DNA from: a virus
Taxonomy: Duplodnaviria; Caudoviricetes
Length of the DNA: 55,640 nt
Direction: 5' to 3' (one strand)
Virus record (IMG/VR): IMGVR_UViG_3300014711_000002
Location: 1-55,640 of that record
The notes beneath the pieces were generated by a model, which was not told the DNA's origin, made no database searches, and was given only the letters and a program-made list of their open reading frames with translations. The translations under genes were made by a program, and so were the position numbers. Shown piece by piece: positions 10,101-17,431 of this stretch; within the stretch, counting starts at the first letter, position 1; the number at the start of each line of letters is the position of its first letter.

Positions 10101-13100
10101 TGCCACTGCGCTTGGACATGAAGATGTCCCCCTGCCCCCGGGCCGCACCCACATCGGCGGCGCGGTCGCTGCCGGTCAGGGTGAAGTCGCCCACCTCTGC
10201 ATCGGCCTTGTCCTTCTGGTCTGCTGCGGCGTCGGCCTTCTTCTTGTCGGCCTCGCGCTTGGCGCTTGCCTTCTCCAGCGCCTCGATCTCTTTGGGGCTG
10301 TAGGTGGTCAGGGCTTGCGCTTCATACTGAGACAGGTCTGTCTTGCTGACAACAATGTCATCTTCCGGGAACCAGTAGATGCGCACGTCATGCGCATCGC
10401 GGCCAGTCTTTTTGCCGCCCACATGACGGAACCCACGGAAGCCAAGGCCTTCCATTTGGTAACGAACAGAGTCAAACCGATCCTGCACTTCGTCAACCGA
10501 ATAGCCCTCAGACTTCGACTCGGCGCGTGCCTCGTCAAATGCTTGAGACAAGGTTTCAATTGGTGCGCCGGTTTCGTTGTTGGTGTCCGAGTACAGATCG
10601 CCCAATGCCTCTTTGGCAATTTGGCGAATCTCGTCAGTCATCGGCTGCTCCATGTCGTACAAGCGAACGCCATCGCGCTCTTGCACGCTGTAGGCAACAG
10701 GCTCCCCGCCCTTGCCCTTCAGTGTGTAGCCGTCAGCAATGTCTGCTGCATCGCTGGTGTAGAAGCCTTGACCGTAAATGTTCTTGGCAGAACCGGAATA
10801 GACGCCATCGTTGGTCGGGCCACCAGACGGCAGCGCCTTGCTGGTGCCGTGGAAGCGCACACCTGTTCCGCGCGTGTCGCGGTAGACGCGCCCGCTCTTG
10901 GCCTTCAGGCCTTGCGCAGCGCCGCCTGCTTGAGCTTGAGCAGCGCCGCCAGCTGCACCCTTTTGTCCGGTGACAGGGACTCCACCTTCTTGCGCAAGCT
11001 CGTTGGCGATTCGCTGGATTTCTTTGTTGATGTCTTCACGGTCAAACTCCTGGTTGATTTCTGTTTGCAGTCGGCTGATGTCTTGCTCGATCTGCGCCAT
11101 CTGCATGCGCACGTCGTATGGGTAGTACACCGCGCCCTTGCTCCAGCCACGCAGCGCATCCTTGATGTACTCGGTGGACTCTTGCTCGTCGAACGTGGCT
11201 GAGTCGTGGCGCATGTTGAATGGCAGGTACTCGTCGAACGCACCATCTGCCACGCGGTCTTCCAACGAACCCGCCTTGGCCCCGCCCCGTGCGAATGCGG
11301 GCAACACACCGATCTCGGTCCAGTCCACCTTGTTCAGCTTGAGCTTGCCCAAGTTGCTGAACAGGTTGATGCCCTTGATGGCGGCCAGCGCTTCTTCGGC
11401 CAGCGTCATGTCTTGCACCAAGCCGTCCACGTAGTCGGTGGCCACCGGCTCGCCAGGCTGTGACGCGGCTTCGGGGGTGACGCTCATCATGTCGGCGGGC
11501 TGTGCGGTCGCCGTCTTGTTGGCTGCCGTCGCCGCGTTGTTGCGCTCCTTGAGCGCGCCCTTGCGGTAGGCGATGAGGGCGTCACGCGCCACCATCTTGG
11601 CCTTGGCCAAATCCTTCACTGCCTTGTCAACCTGAGCCTGTGCGCTGACATCCTGAGATGACAGGCCGCGCAGCTTTTGCATGAGCCCGTCGATCAGGCT
11701 GATCCATTTATTGACAAACGACTCGAAGCCGCTTGGGTCTTGCGCAGCCAAGTCCATCAGAAACGCGCGGTCTTTCGCACGGTTGCCCATGAAGTCGGCC
11801 GTCATCTCGTCGCGCAGCAGCGAGCTTTTCAGAATCTGCTGAATCTTTGCCTCGCGCTCCGGCTCGGAAAGATTGGCCAAGTCATCACGGTGCAAGTACG
11901 CCTCGACATAGTGGCGCTTGCCCTGCTCCGACATCTCGTCAAAGATGCCTTGCAGGTTCGCATTGAACTCTTGGGCAGCCGTGCCGGTCTTGCCAGCCTG
12001 AGTGTCGGCCTTGGCCATCACCTGAACAATGTGCGTGAACTCGTGAAGCGCTGTGCGCTCCACGCTCAGTTCGACGTTGGCCGTGTTGACGAACGCCTGC
12101 CCATCGTAGGCAAATCCATTGGCCGCTGAAGGATCGTCGAATGCAACGATTGGCCGGTCGAAGCCAAACAGATTCCCCAAAGCCGAACCGAAAGCCTCAA
12201 CTTGCGCCTCGGTCTTTGGGTCTGGTGCGTTGAGCGTGACCGGCTCGTTGACTGCGTTCAGCTTTTGCTGGAATTCATCTCTGATTCGCTGCGAAGCAAC
12301 GCTTCCGCCAGCCTGTGGGTCGCGCAGTATTGCTGCGCCGTCCTGAATACGTGCGGGGGTTCCTGTGCTGGTTGCTGCTCCGGCGATGGCCGGTGCTTGC
12401 TGTCTTTGCGCTTGGCCTTGGATGGTTTGAGGGGCTTGATTGCCATTGTTCGTCTCCTGAGTTGCGGGATAACCGGCCAAACGCCACTTGCCATTGGCCA
12501 TCGGCTCGACCTTCCAGTCGAGATCCTTGAACATGCGCTGTCGCCGGGGCAGCGCTTGCTCAGCGTCGCCCTGCGTCGTGTAGCCGTCGCCCTTGCGGCC
12601 GAACCATTGTTCGGCAGGCTGCGTATCAGCATTGTTATTCTCTTGACCGGCAATGGCCGCCTCGGTACGCGCCAGCAAGTCGGCATCGGTGGCCCGATCG
12701 AATGGGCGGCTCAGGCCGGTAGCAAGTTTTCCGGCTGCGCCTGGTACAGCGCCAGCCTGCGAAACATTGACTCCAAGCTGTCCGGCACTTCCAACTCCTG
12801 CCCCGGCGGGGTCTGTGACAGCAGGTCCTGAAACGTCCATGCCTCCTGCGAGCTGATTGCTTGACAGGTCACTGCCTCCTGGAGTTGCCAGTGGAGGAAG
12901 GCTTGTTGCGCTGACATCGGTGGTCTCCTGCTGTGTGGGCACCGGCACCACGATGGGGGCCAAGCCTGCTTGTGCGGATGGGCTGTCTGCGGGGGTGAAG
13001 TTGATGGGAGCGGACGGGCCGACATCGGCCACGCCGCGGGCAGTCTGCGTGGGGTTGATGAGGGTGGGGTCAACTGAGCCGGGGCTCAGGCGCGCACGGG

Positions 13101-14550
13101 CCACCGGGTCGGCGCTGGTGAAGTCGGTGCCTGCGATGCTCACGTCCAACTCGCGGGCCAGTTGTTCGCCTGCGGTTTGAGGGCGGCCAAAAGCCGCGCT
13201 TGTGATGGAACCAGCGCCAGCGCCAGCCAATGCCTCGAGCGTGCCGCTACCGACTGCGCCTTGGAATGTGTCGATGTCGCGGCCCTCGCGCTGCAGCGCC
13301 ACGTTTTGCGCCACCTGCTCGGACGATCCCTGAAAGAACTCAGGCACGCCCTCGGTGACGCCACCAATCAGACCTCGGCCAATCACATTCTGCTCGGCGG
13401 CGGCCACTGCACGGGACACGCCAGACTTGGCCAGCACCTTGCTGACTTGGCCGATGGGGATGACATTCTCTACGCCGGTCGAAGATGCCAGCGCACCGAG
13501 CGCCATGCCAATGGCGATCTGGTCTTTGTTCTTTCCCAAGTAAGACTGCGCCGCTTCAGCCCGCTCTTCGGCTTCGATCTTGGGTACGCCAGCGCGCAGC
13601 ATGTCGTCACGCACGGCGTTGAAGATCGCCTCCTTGGTGGCACCTGCGCCTTGCGCTGCGCCCAAGCCGATCTGCGCAGTCAGTCGAGCGACTGTGGACT
13701 CGCGCACGCCGGGCAGCAGAGATGTCAGGATCACCGGCACACTGGTGCCCAAGCCCTGCGCAATCAAGGAAGCGGGGGCTACGCCAGCAGCTTTTGCTGC
13801 AGCGACCACCTGCTCGGACCATGTGCCATCCTTGGCTCGGTCCATGATTTTGCCGATGCGCTCGTCGTCATTGACGGCTGCCGCGCTGCGCAAACCCTCG
13901 AGGTATTGGTCTGCAGTTTCAAGCGCCTTCTCGGCTGTCGATGTCGCACGGCCACCTGCCCCTGTTGCGCTCATCAGCATCTTGAAGCCGCTGACTGCAC
14001 CCTTCGCACCGGCCAGTGCAACGTCTGCGCCGGGGAAGTTTTCTTCGTTGCGCGTGCTCTTGATCTCACCCGTCACCGGGGCAGGGAAACGGCGCGCCAA
14101 GCTGGCGGTCTCAGCATCCAGCGTTGGTGCGGTCTGCTGCTTGAAGTACTCGCTGCCACGCTTCTTTCCGTGAGCGGCGATCTCGTAGAACTTGATTCCC
14201 GCTTGACCGAATGACTCGGCAACCTTGGCCTGGTCGTAGCCCTCTTCCAGCAGGTTCACCGCGTCATCCAGCGCCTCGCGCTTGTTGCGGTAGGGGGTAG
14301 GTGCTGCACGCTGCGGCGCAGGCTCTGGGGCACGGATAGGCGCGGACCCCGTAGGCTTCCCCGATGCAAGACCCAGCGGGTCCATGGGCCGGGGGAGCAA
14401 TGATGATGCGGATCGTTCAGGCGCTTTGTACCGCGCCGCGAGCCGGGCGGCTTCGTCGCCGGTGTCGGTGACTTCGGAATCAAGTTGTCCAGAAAACTCG
14501 GTGAACTCTGTGGGCTTATCAAGCTCGCCACTAAATTCTTGGTATGACAT
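4141..14550 (-). CDS. Giant polyvalent internal virion/ejection protein (2 HExxH metallopeptidase-like, 2 ART-like, C-terminal LPD38-like)
   Basis: 3469 aa; LHEFTH and LHELVH; FHGT...YGQGFYTS and FWRWFGDSKVVD...YHGT...GFYFT; TTNFNRKG...LYLFFNA...YWDKIP..IKERN...IPV.YG; last gene of the virion operon. Confidence 0.85.
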   Translation of the reverse strand: MSYQEFSGELDKPTEFTEFSGQLDSEVTDTGDEAARLAARYKAPERSASSLLPRPMDPLGLASGKPTGSAPIRAPEPAPQRAAPTPYRNKREALDDAVNLLEEGYDQAKVAESFGQAGIKFYEIAAHGKKRGSEYFKQQTAPTLDAETASLARRFPAPVTGEIKSTRNEENFPGADVALAGAKGAVSGFKMLMSATGAGGRATSTAEKALETADQYLEGLRSAAAVNDDERIGKIMDRAKDGTWSEQVVAAAKAAGVAPASLIAQGLGTSVPVILTSLLPGVRESTVARLTAQIGLGAAQGAGATKEAIFNAVRDDMLRAGVPKIEAEERAEAAQSYLGKNKDQIAIGMALGALASSTGVENVIPIGQVSKVLAKSGVSRAVAAAEQNVIGRGLIGGVTEGVPEFFQGSSEQVAQNVALQREGRDIDTFQGAVGSGTLEALAGAGAGSITSAAFGRPQTAGEQLARELDVSIAGTDFTSADPVARARLSPGSVDPTLINPTQTARGVADVGPSAPINFTPADSPSAQAGLAPIVVPVPTQQETTDVSATSLPPLATPGGSDLSSNQLAGGMDVSGPAVTDPAGAGVGSAGQLGVNVSQAGAVPGAAGKLATGLSRPFDRATDADLLARTEAAIAGQENNNADTQPAEQWFGRKGDGYTTQGDAEQALPRRQRMFKDLDWKVEPMANGKWRLAGYPATQETNNGNQAPQTIQGQAQRQQAPAIAGAATSTGTPARIQDGAAILRDPQAGGSVASQRIRDEFQQKLNAVNEPVTLNAPDPKTEAQVEAFGSALGNLFGFDRPIVAFDDPSAANGFAYDGQAFVNTANVELSVERTALHEFTHIVQVMAKADTQAGKTGTAAQEFNANLQGIFDEMSEQGKRHYVEAYLHRDDLANLSEPEREAKIQQILKSSLLRDEMTADFMGNRAKDRAFLMDLAAQDPSGFESFVNKWISLIDGLMQKLRGLSSQDVSAQAQVDKAVKDLAKAKMVARDALIAYRKGALKERNNAATAANKTATAQPADMMSVTPEAASQPGEPVATDYVDGLVQDMTLAEEALAAIKGINLFSNLGKLKLNKVDWTEIGVLPAFARGGAKAGSLEDRVADGAFDEYLPFNMRHDSATFDEQESTEYIKDALRGWSKGAVYYPYDVRMQMAQIEQDISRLQTEINQEFDREDINKEIQRIANELAQEGGVPVTGQKGAAGGAAQAQAGGAAQGLKAKSGRVYRDTRGTGVRFHGTSKALPSGGPTNDGVYSGSAKNIYGQGFYTSDAADIADGYTLKGKGGEPVAYSVQERDGVRLYDMEQPMTDEIRQIAKEALGDLYSDTNNETGAPIETLSQAFDEARAESKSEGYSVDEVQDRFDSVRYQMEGLGFRGFRHVGGKKTGRDAHDVRIYWFPEDDIVVSKTDLSQYEAQALTTYSPKEIEALEKASAKREADKKKADAAADQKDKADAEVGDFTLTGSDRAADVGAARGQGDIFMSKRSGKDTSAAEAVPAGQELIAIHNLTPENLLYADEIGGLPVPSIGVTKAATPFYAFGGITMIAPKGMVDPGTGTPVFDRDAYTSRFPELNYKKPARKAADAFYDKIKSARDFAEDGFVSQAFDKVVNSSSVKPDQLVSLFDRYSTPRALFARDVLGKTVKVPMRDVQTDFKWVNDKQFLTAAKPLMEKIKEMGANDIEGSAELKQLADMARKAVAAYVDKPGSEGARLAEALGRKDAMESLVTSWGVDGEWVTDESKQPSWKFSESVNKAMRNAGKKEVDQNKLDAAIDKLVSKDDPAYVAWYQSLIKPLFDQPTITVRGKQVAPTLDNIVEAMTAGGVAGAEKTMTSGVGKVSAMLGKRFKSLDEIKAARDQVVSTAQEGEGKTGTEKLLNDYRNKALEFFTEKDWRGNVDTWAGMDAAMEALAVAGKGALTDGNVRVALQRKGFRGVDQETIDLAKQGVEALRSAVTDYFEAKPQRAVALSEFRGAVVPKGVDPKALEVLAKNNIETVEYNPKKEGDREAKLQKLAKKLDKAEGDIMFSRRSELESGDPNPAEAQKIEAALTGKGVVDAAKWMAANAPDKDQRIIATAVAAQLSSMEKSGFDLQLNIAHVGDRVPAALLNGRGHTQYSSAENKTRHRIVVTLNGADVAGKVGARYQTVLHELVHAATIATIYAGEKKAANGTRIGEAVDRLYGVHNAIVAEMNKRITAYKNGDGNLSEFETKIGRSMVNAFDNPDETIAWALASREAQDWLNSIDYPSTGRSVWKELVEAVRSVLGLSPRINSALDEVLHVSKDLLEAEVSQSARIIRTYAWQTGIQSELDTVTRGEMDAEDTGINRSNRATIEVDGQDRPTTNSNGQQIASTEDGVRNFWRWFGDSKVVDAQGKPLVVYHGTKGDFSTFDIDRLGSGMGNTGFLGAGFYFTNNDFMASGYSGGRGRIGEGSNVMPVYLSLKNPLNISGETYRNDSLPRNVIAAINAAMPREAGLDAFARNTTADGFQGEFSMAVERNSDVAQKFSDNLQKAGYDGVMYDGGYEIVAFRPEQIKSATGNSGEFDPADPDIRFSNRSIPRQKLIGSNFEVPATSNIDAARIKLQDDGLRMKRVIEAVKAKGGTVGEAQNFYDANTLMPGRIQAAIDDFKNDVVRPMLDKAAEFGIDMDELSVYAYAKHAKERNAYIASINPRLPDGGSGMTNADADAVIAKAKAEGKEAQFEELHQALMGITSATRQVMLSEGLITPDEFTTLEGAYDNYIPLRGFENVDEETGVARPGVGRGVNVRGAETVRAMGRKSRAGDLIENVIRDYERVVARVEKNDVAKVLLDFVLSNPDPDLWGVDVERSKPSFNKAQGTVQYTKSIEKGEDTIGVKVGGQQVYIKFADKELTRALRQAWKDETSGLERATLAMTGWWNNWLRAVLTKYNPAFALINIPRDALWSGTASALAELGPKGLAKYLAAYPKALMASTRQEAGVAGTSNKLFGNPVMDARFKEFRSAGGITGGFFMRTLDDINQELRNELLLAGASARTPWEKVNTLPPFKLAKMTLKMLEFMGAASENATRFALYQASREVGNSPAKAAILAKDGTTNFNRKGEWGGALNNLYLFFNAGVQGNAQLFKVVLKSPAVQASMAGVAGIGMMLALYGASAGGEDDDGEAYWDKIPSYIKERNMVIMLPPGDALAGGIKRAGKRGRYVTIPVQYGFNIFPNLGYTMADVLRNQADPKRGMTPTKAALHMTSTVFGSVNPFGGAVDLSDGVQVLLAAMPTLADLPIQIVNERNTFGSASSPFKSPWDVRPDSERMFTSQQDSVSAKIAKALNELGGGNEGKAGSILGMDTSVAPGTIQTLISATTGGLGTFVEQVGTAVMAMTGDDKDLKANKIPFLNKFYGEVDEGANTQTARERMDKIKKLAGEVKAQQKLGLDPELSGDDERLLSLARMQETYQRQSSMIRKAELDIIKDEKMTKPEKALERQRLQVERDKLATDMNREYLRVVPK

Positions 14551-14558
14551 TTCAATCC

Positions 14559-15581
14559 TTAATTGCCGATGAATCTTTTCCCGTCCGGCGTTTGATAAAC
14601 GGGCTTGCCGCCGCTGGTGCCGATCTGGGTTGCGCCTTTGGGCAAAGCGCTGATCGTCGGTGACGGCTTCTGATTATCGCTTGTCTTGGGTGATGGCGCG
14701 CCGCCACCTGTCAAACGCTCAATTGCTTTTTGACGTTTTTCTTCTTCCGGCAATTTGCCAAACTGGTAGTCATTCTTGCTCATGGTGTTGACCAAGCTGG
14801 CCACCTGCTTGTCGAAGTCCATGCCGCGGCCAAGCACCTTGGTTGAGCCGTCGGACATGACGGCGATCTTCTGCCCTTGGTCGTCGGTGTAAGTGCTGCG
14901 CACCTTTGAGCTGCCTCCACCAGAGCCACCGCCCTCACCGCCGCGTGGGCGCTCGGCATTCTTCATAGCAGCATCGCCGCGCTTCATGGCCGCAGCCACC
15001 ATGCCGGTCTGGTACTCGGCTGTTTGCTGGGCTTGCTGATCTCGGCGGTCTTCCCGACGACGATCCAAAGCATCCTTGTCGGCCCTGTTCTCGGCTTCGA
15101 CCGTGGCCTTGTAAGACTCGCGGCCTTCCTTGATGGCGGCGCTTGAGCCACCCAACCGGCGAATCTCGTTGAGCGTGTCTTCCTTCTGCTTGCTGTACCG
15201 CTCGGTGTAACGGTCTGCCCCCTCGAAATTGCCAACCTTGCGCTGGTTGTAGTGCTCGTCAAACACTTTGCGCAGGTCCTCGTCGGATGCAGCAGTCTGA
15301 CCGAGGTCTGCTTTGAATTTCTCAAAGCGGCGCTGGTCACCAATTGCGGGGGCGTTAGCCTCTGCCTGCGAATAGATGTCTGCATCCTTTCGCAGCTTGG
15401 CTTCTTCGCGGTCAGCCTTGATCTGGTCCAGCGCCTCTTGACGCTTAATCAATCGCTCCTCGCGCAAAGCGTCGCGCTCGTCTTGGCGGTCGGCCTCGAT
15501 GCCCTTCATCATGTAGCCGCCAAGCGTCTGCCCGGCGTCTGCGATTCCCTTGCCGATACCGGCCCAAATCAGTCCACTCAT
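14559..15581 (-). CDS. Probable internal virion (ejection) protein
   Basis: Gly-rich N-terminus, charged coiled coil; position before the giant protein. Confidence 0.6.
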   Translation of the reverse strand: MSGLIWAGIGKGIADAGQTLGGYMMKGIEADRQDERDALREERLIKRQEALDQIKADREEAKLRKDADIYSQAEANAPAIGDQRRFEKFKADLGQTAASDEDLRKVFDEHYNQRKVGNFEGADRYTERYSKQKEDTLNEIRRLGGSSAAIKEGRESYKATVEAENRADKDALDRRREDRRDQQAQQTAEYQTGMVAAAMKRGDAAMKNAERPRGGEGGGSGGGSSKVRSTYTDDQGQKIAVMSDGSTKVLGRGMDFDKQVASLVNTMSKNDYQFGKLPEEEKRQKAIERLTGGGAPSPKTSDNQKPSPTISALPKGATQIGTSGGKPVYQTPDGKRFIGN

Positions 15582-16162
15582 ACGGGCACCTCTTGTTTTG
15601 TGGTCTCGCCTTCCTCCGCGCTTGCTCGGTTGAATTCTTCTGGGTCAACCTGATCCATGGCCTGCTGCAACTGCGTGGTGTCCACGCCCTGCTCGCCAAG
15701 AAACCGCAAGATCATTTGCTTGAGCGCCAGGGCAATGTCCGATGGCTTGTACTGAACGCCAGCGGCATCTGCAATTTCAGCGACTTCCTCCAAGATGCGT
15801 GACGCAAACAGCACCAGCAGTTCATCAGGAACCGCGCCATCCGTGCGCTCGTCCACGATGGAGACGATCTCGTAGGCGGTGTTGGCCATGGCCTCAACAG
15901 GATCGCCACTGGACTTCAGTGACTTGGCCATCTCCTTGGCTGCGCCCTGTCCGTACATGGCTTCCATGGCGAACTCCATCGCCTGCTGGTAACCGGGGTC
16001 GGTCTCGGAGTCTGGTCCGCTGTTGTCCTGAGCCTCGGGCGCTTCGCCTTCCATGCCCTCGTGCATGGCAGAACCGTCTGGGCCTTGACCCTCTACCGGC
16101 TCCTGCTCTGCAGCCTCGTCTCCCGCAGAGGGGGCCATCTTTTGTTGAATCAATCCTGCCAT
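15578..16162 (-). CDS. Acidic hypothetical protein of the ejection module
   Basis: AAGGA RBS; 4-nt overlap with next gene. Confidence 0.7.
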   Translation of the reverse strand: MAGLIQQKMAPSAGDEAAEQEPVEGQGPDGSAMHEGMEGEAPEAQDNSGPDSETDPGYQQAMEFAMEAMYGQGAAKEMAKSLKSSGDPVEAMANTAYEIVSIVDERTDGAVPDELLVLFASRILEEVAEIADAAGVQYKPSDIALALKQMILRFLGEQGVDTTQLQQAMDQVDPEEFNRASAEEGETTKQEVPV

Positions 16163-16173
16163 GATGTTTCCTT

Positions 16174-16986
16174 TCAGCCCCAGAGGCGTGTTCCGACGTT
16201 GGTGTTGTAGCGGTTGCGCGCTGTCTGATCGAGGTCCTCTTGGCGCTTTTGCTCTTGCCTTGCACCGACACCTTGCATGGCACCTCCAATGAGTTGCGTG
16301 CCGCTCATGATCGCGGCAGGGGCTGCGTATTGGCTGGACATCATGCCGCCGATCAGGCCGGGGGATGTGGCCGCACCCGTTCCTGTCATTGCCGCTGGCA
16401 TGCTGGCTAAGGTTGACCCAACTGGCAACGTGCTGGCCGCACCTGCCGTATTGAGACCTGCTGCGCCAGCGTTCAAACCCAAGCCACTACCGCCAGCGGT
16501 CAAACCAGTGCCGGTGCCAGCGCCTGCCGTAAGTCCTGTCCCAGACGTGGTTGCAGACAGGCCCGATCCTAATGCGGACTCGCCGCCGAGGGCGGCCATG
16601 CCTGTGCCAGCAGCGCTTGCGCCAGTGGCCGCAGCCGTTCCGGTAAAGCCACTGCCAACCGCGCCTGCCGCCGTGCCAAACTCACCAGCGGCCAAAGCAG
16701 AACCGGCCGTTCCAAGGCTGGACCAAGCCGCCCCGACGTTTGCCGCCGCACCACTGAGCCCGGACACACCTCCGGCGGCTGCTGCGCCAGACGTTCCCAT
16801 AGCACCAAGCAGAGCCGCGCCCCCGAAGTAAACGGCGGCGGCAATGATGATTAACTTGCCAATCTTGCTCTTGGCAAACTTTTTGACTGCGCCACCCACC
16901 GCTTGCCACGATTTCTTGGTGAAGTTCGCTGCACCTTTGACAACCTTCCCAATAGAGCGACCGACTGACTTGACTGCCTTACCCAT
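16174..16986 (-). CDS. Gly/Ala-rich membrane-interacting ejection (pilot-like) protein
   Basis: Basic amphipathic N-terminus, TM segment, long G/A/S/T tract; start at MGKAVK inferred. Confidence 0.65.
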   Translation of the reverse strand: MGKAVKSVGRSIGKVVKGAANFTKKSWQAVGGAVKKFAKSKIGKLIIIAAAVYFGGAALLGAMGTSGAAAAGGVSGLSGAAANVGAAWSSLGTAGSALAAGEFGTAAGAVGSGFTGTAAATGASAAGTGMAALGGESALGSGLSATTSGTGLTAGAGTGTGLTAGGSGLGLNAGAAGLNTAGAASTLPVGSTLASMPAAMTGTGAATSPGLIGGMMSSQYAAPAAIMSGTQLIGGAMQGVGARQEQKRQEDLDQTARNRYNTNVGTRLWG

Positions 16987-17431
16987 GATGCTTCCTAACA
17001 TAAGTGAAGTTGAGGCTTTCACGATCAAACCCCAACCGATTTAAAAATTTCACCAGACGCGGGTCTGCGTCCGGCTCCAGTTCGATGATGGCCAACTTAA
17101 TGGCGGATCGGCTTTTCACCCACTTTGCAAACTCTCGCATCAGTGGCAGACCAGCACCCGGCACGCGGGTGTAGTAAAGCAGCACCGAACACTGCAACTT
17201 GTGAAACCAAAAACTCTCTTGAACGCAGGCGGCAACGGACGCCACCACCTTGCCGTCTTGCTCTGCCACCCACATGAAGTGCGCGGGGTTCAGGCAAGTG
17301 CGCGCCGTGTCGGCCATTGCGTCTCGGTTGACCTTGACGGGCAACGGGTCGCGTGAAACGGACTCCACCGCGATATCCACAATCGCGGGGATGTCGTCGA
17401 GCTTGGCCTTGCGGCAGACGATTTTGGTCAT
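16979..17431 (-). CDS. GNAT-like acetyltransferase
   Basis: R.A..DDIPAI...MWVAE.DGKVV...G..L...F..W...LGF pattern; usual position in podovirus ejection modules. Confidence 0.75.
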   Translation of the reverse strand: MTKIVCRKAKLDDIPAIVDIAVESVSRDPLPVKVNRDAMADTARTCLNPAHFMWVAEQDGKVVASVAACVQESFWFHKLQCSVLLYYTRVPGAGLPLMREFAKWVKSRSAIKLAIIELEPDADPRLVKFLNRLGFDRESLNFTYVRKHHG

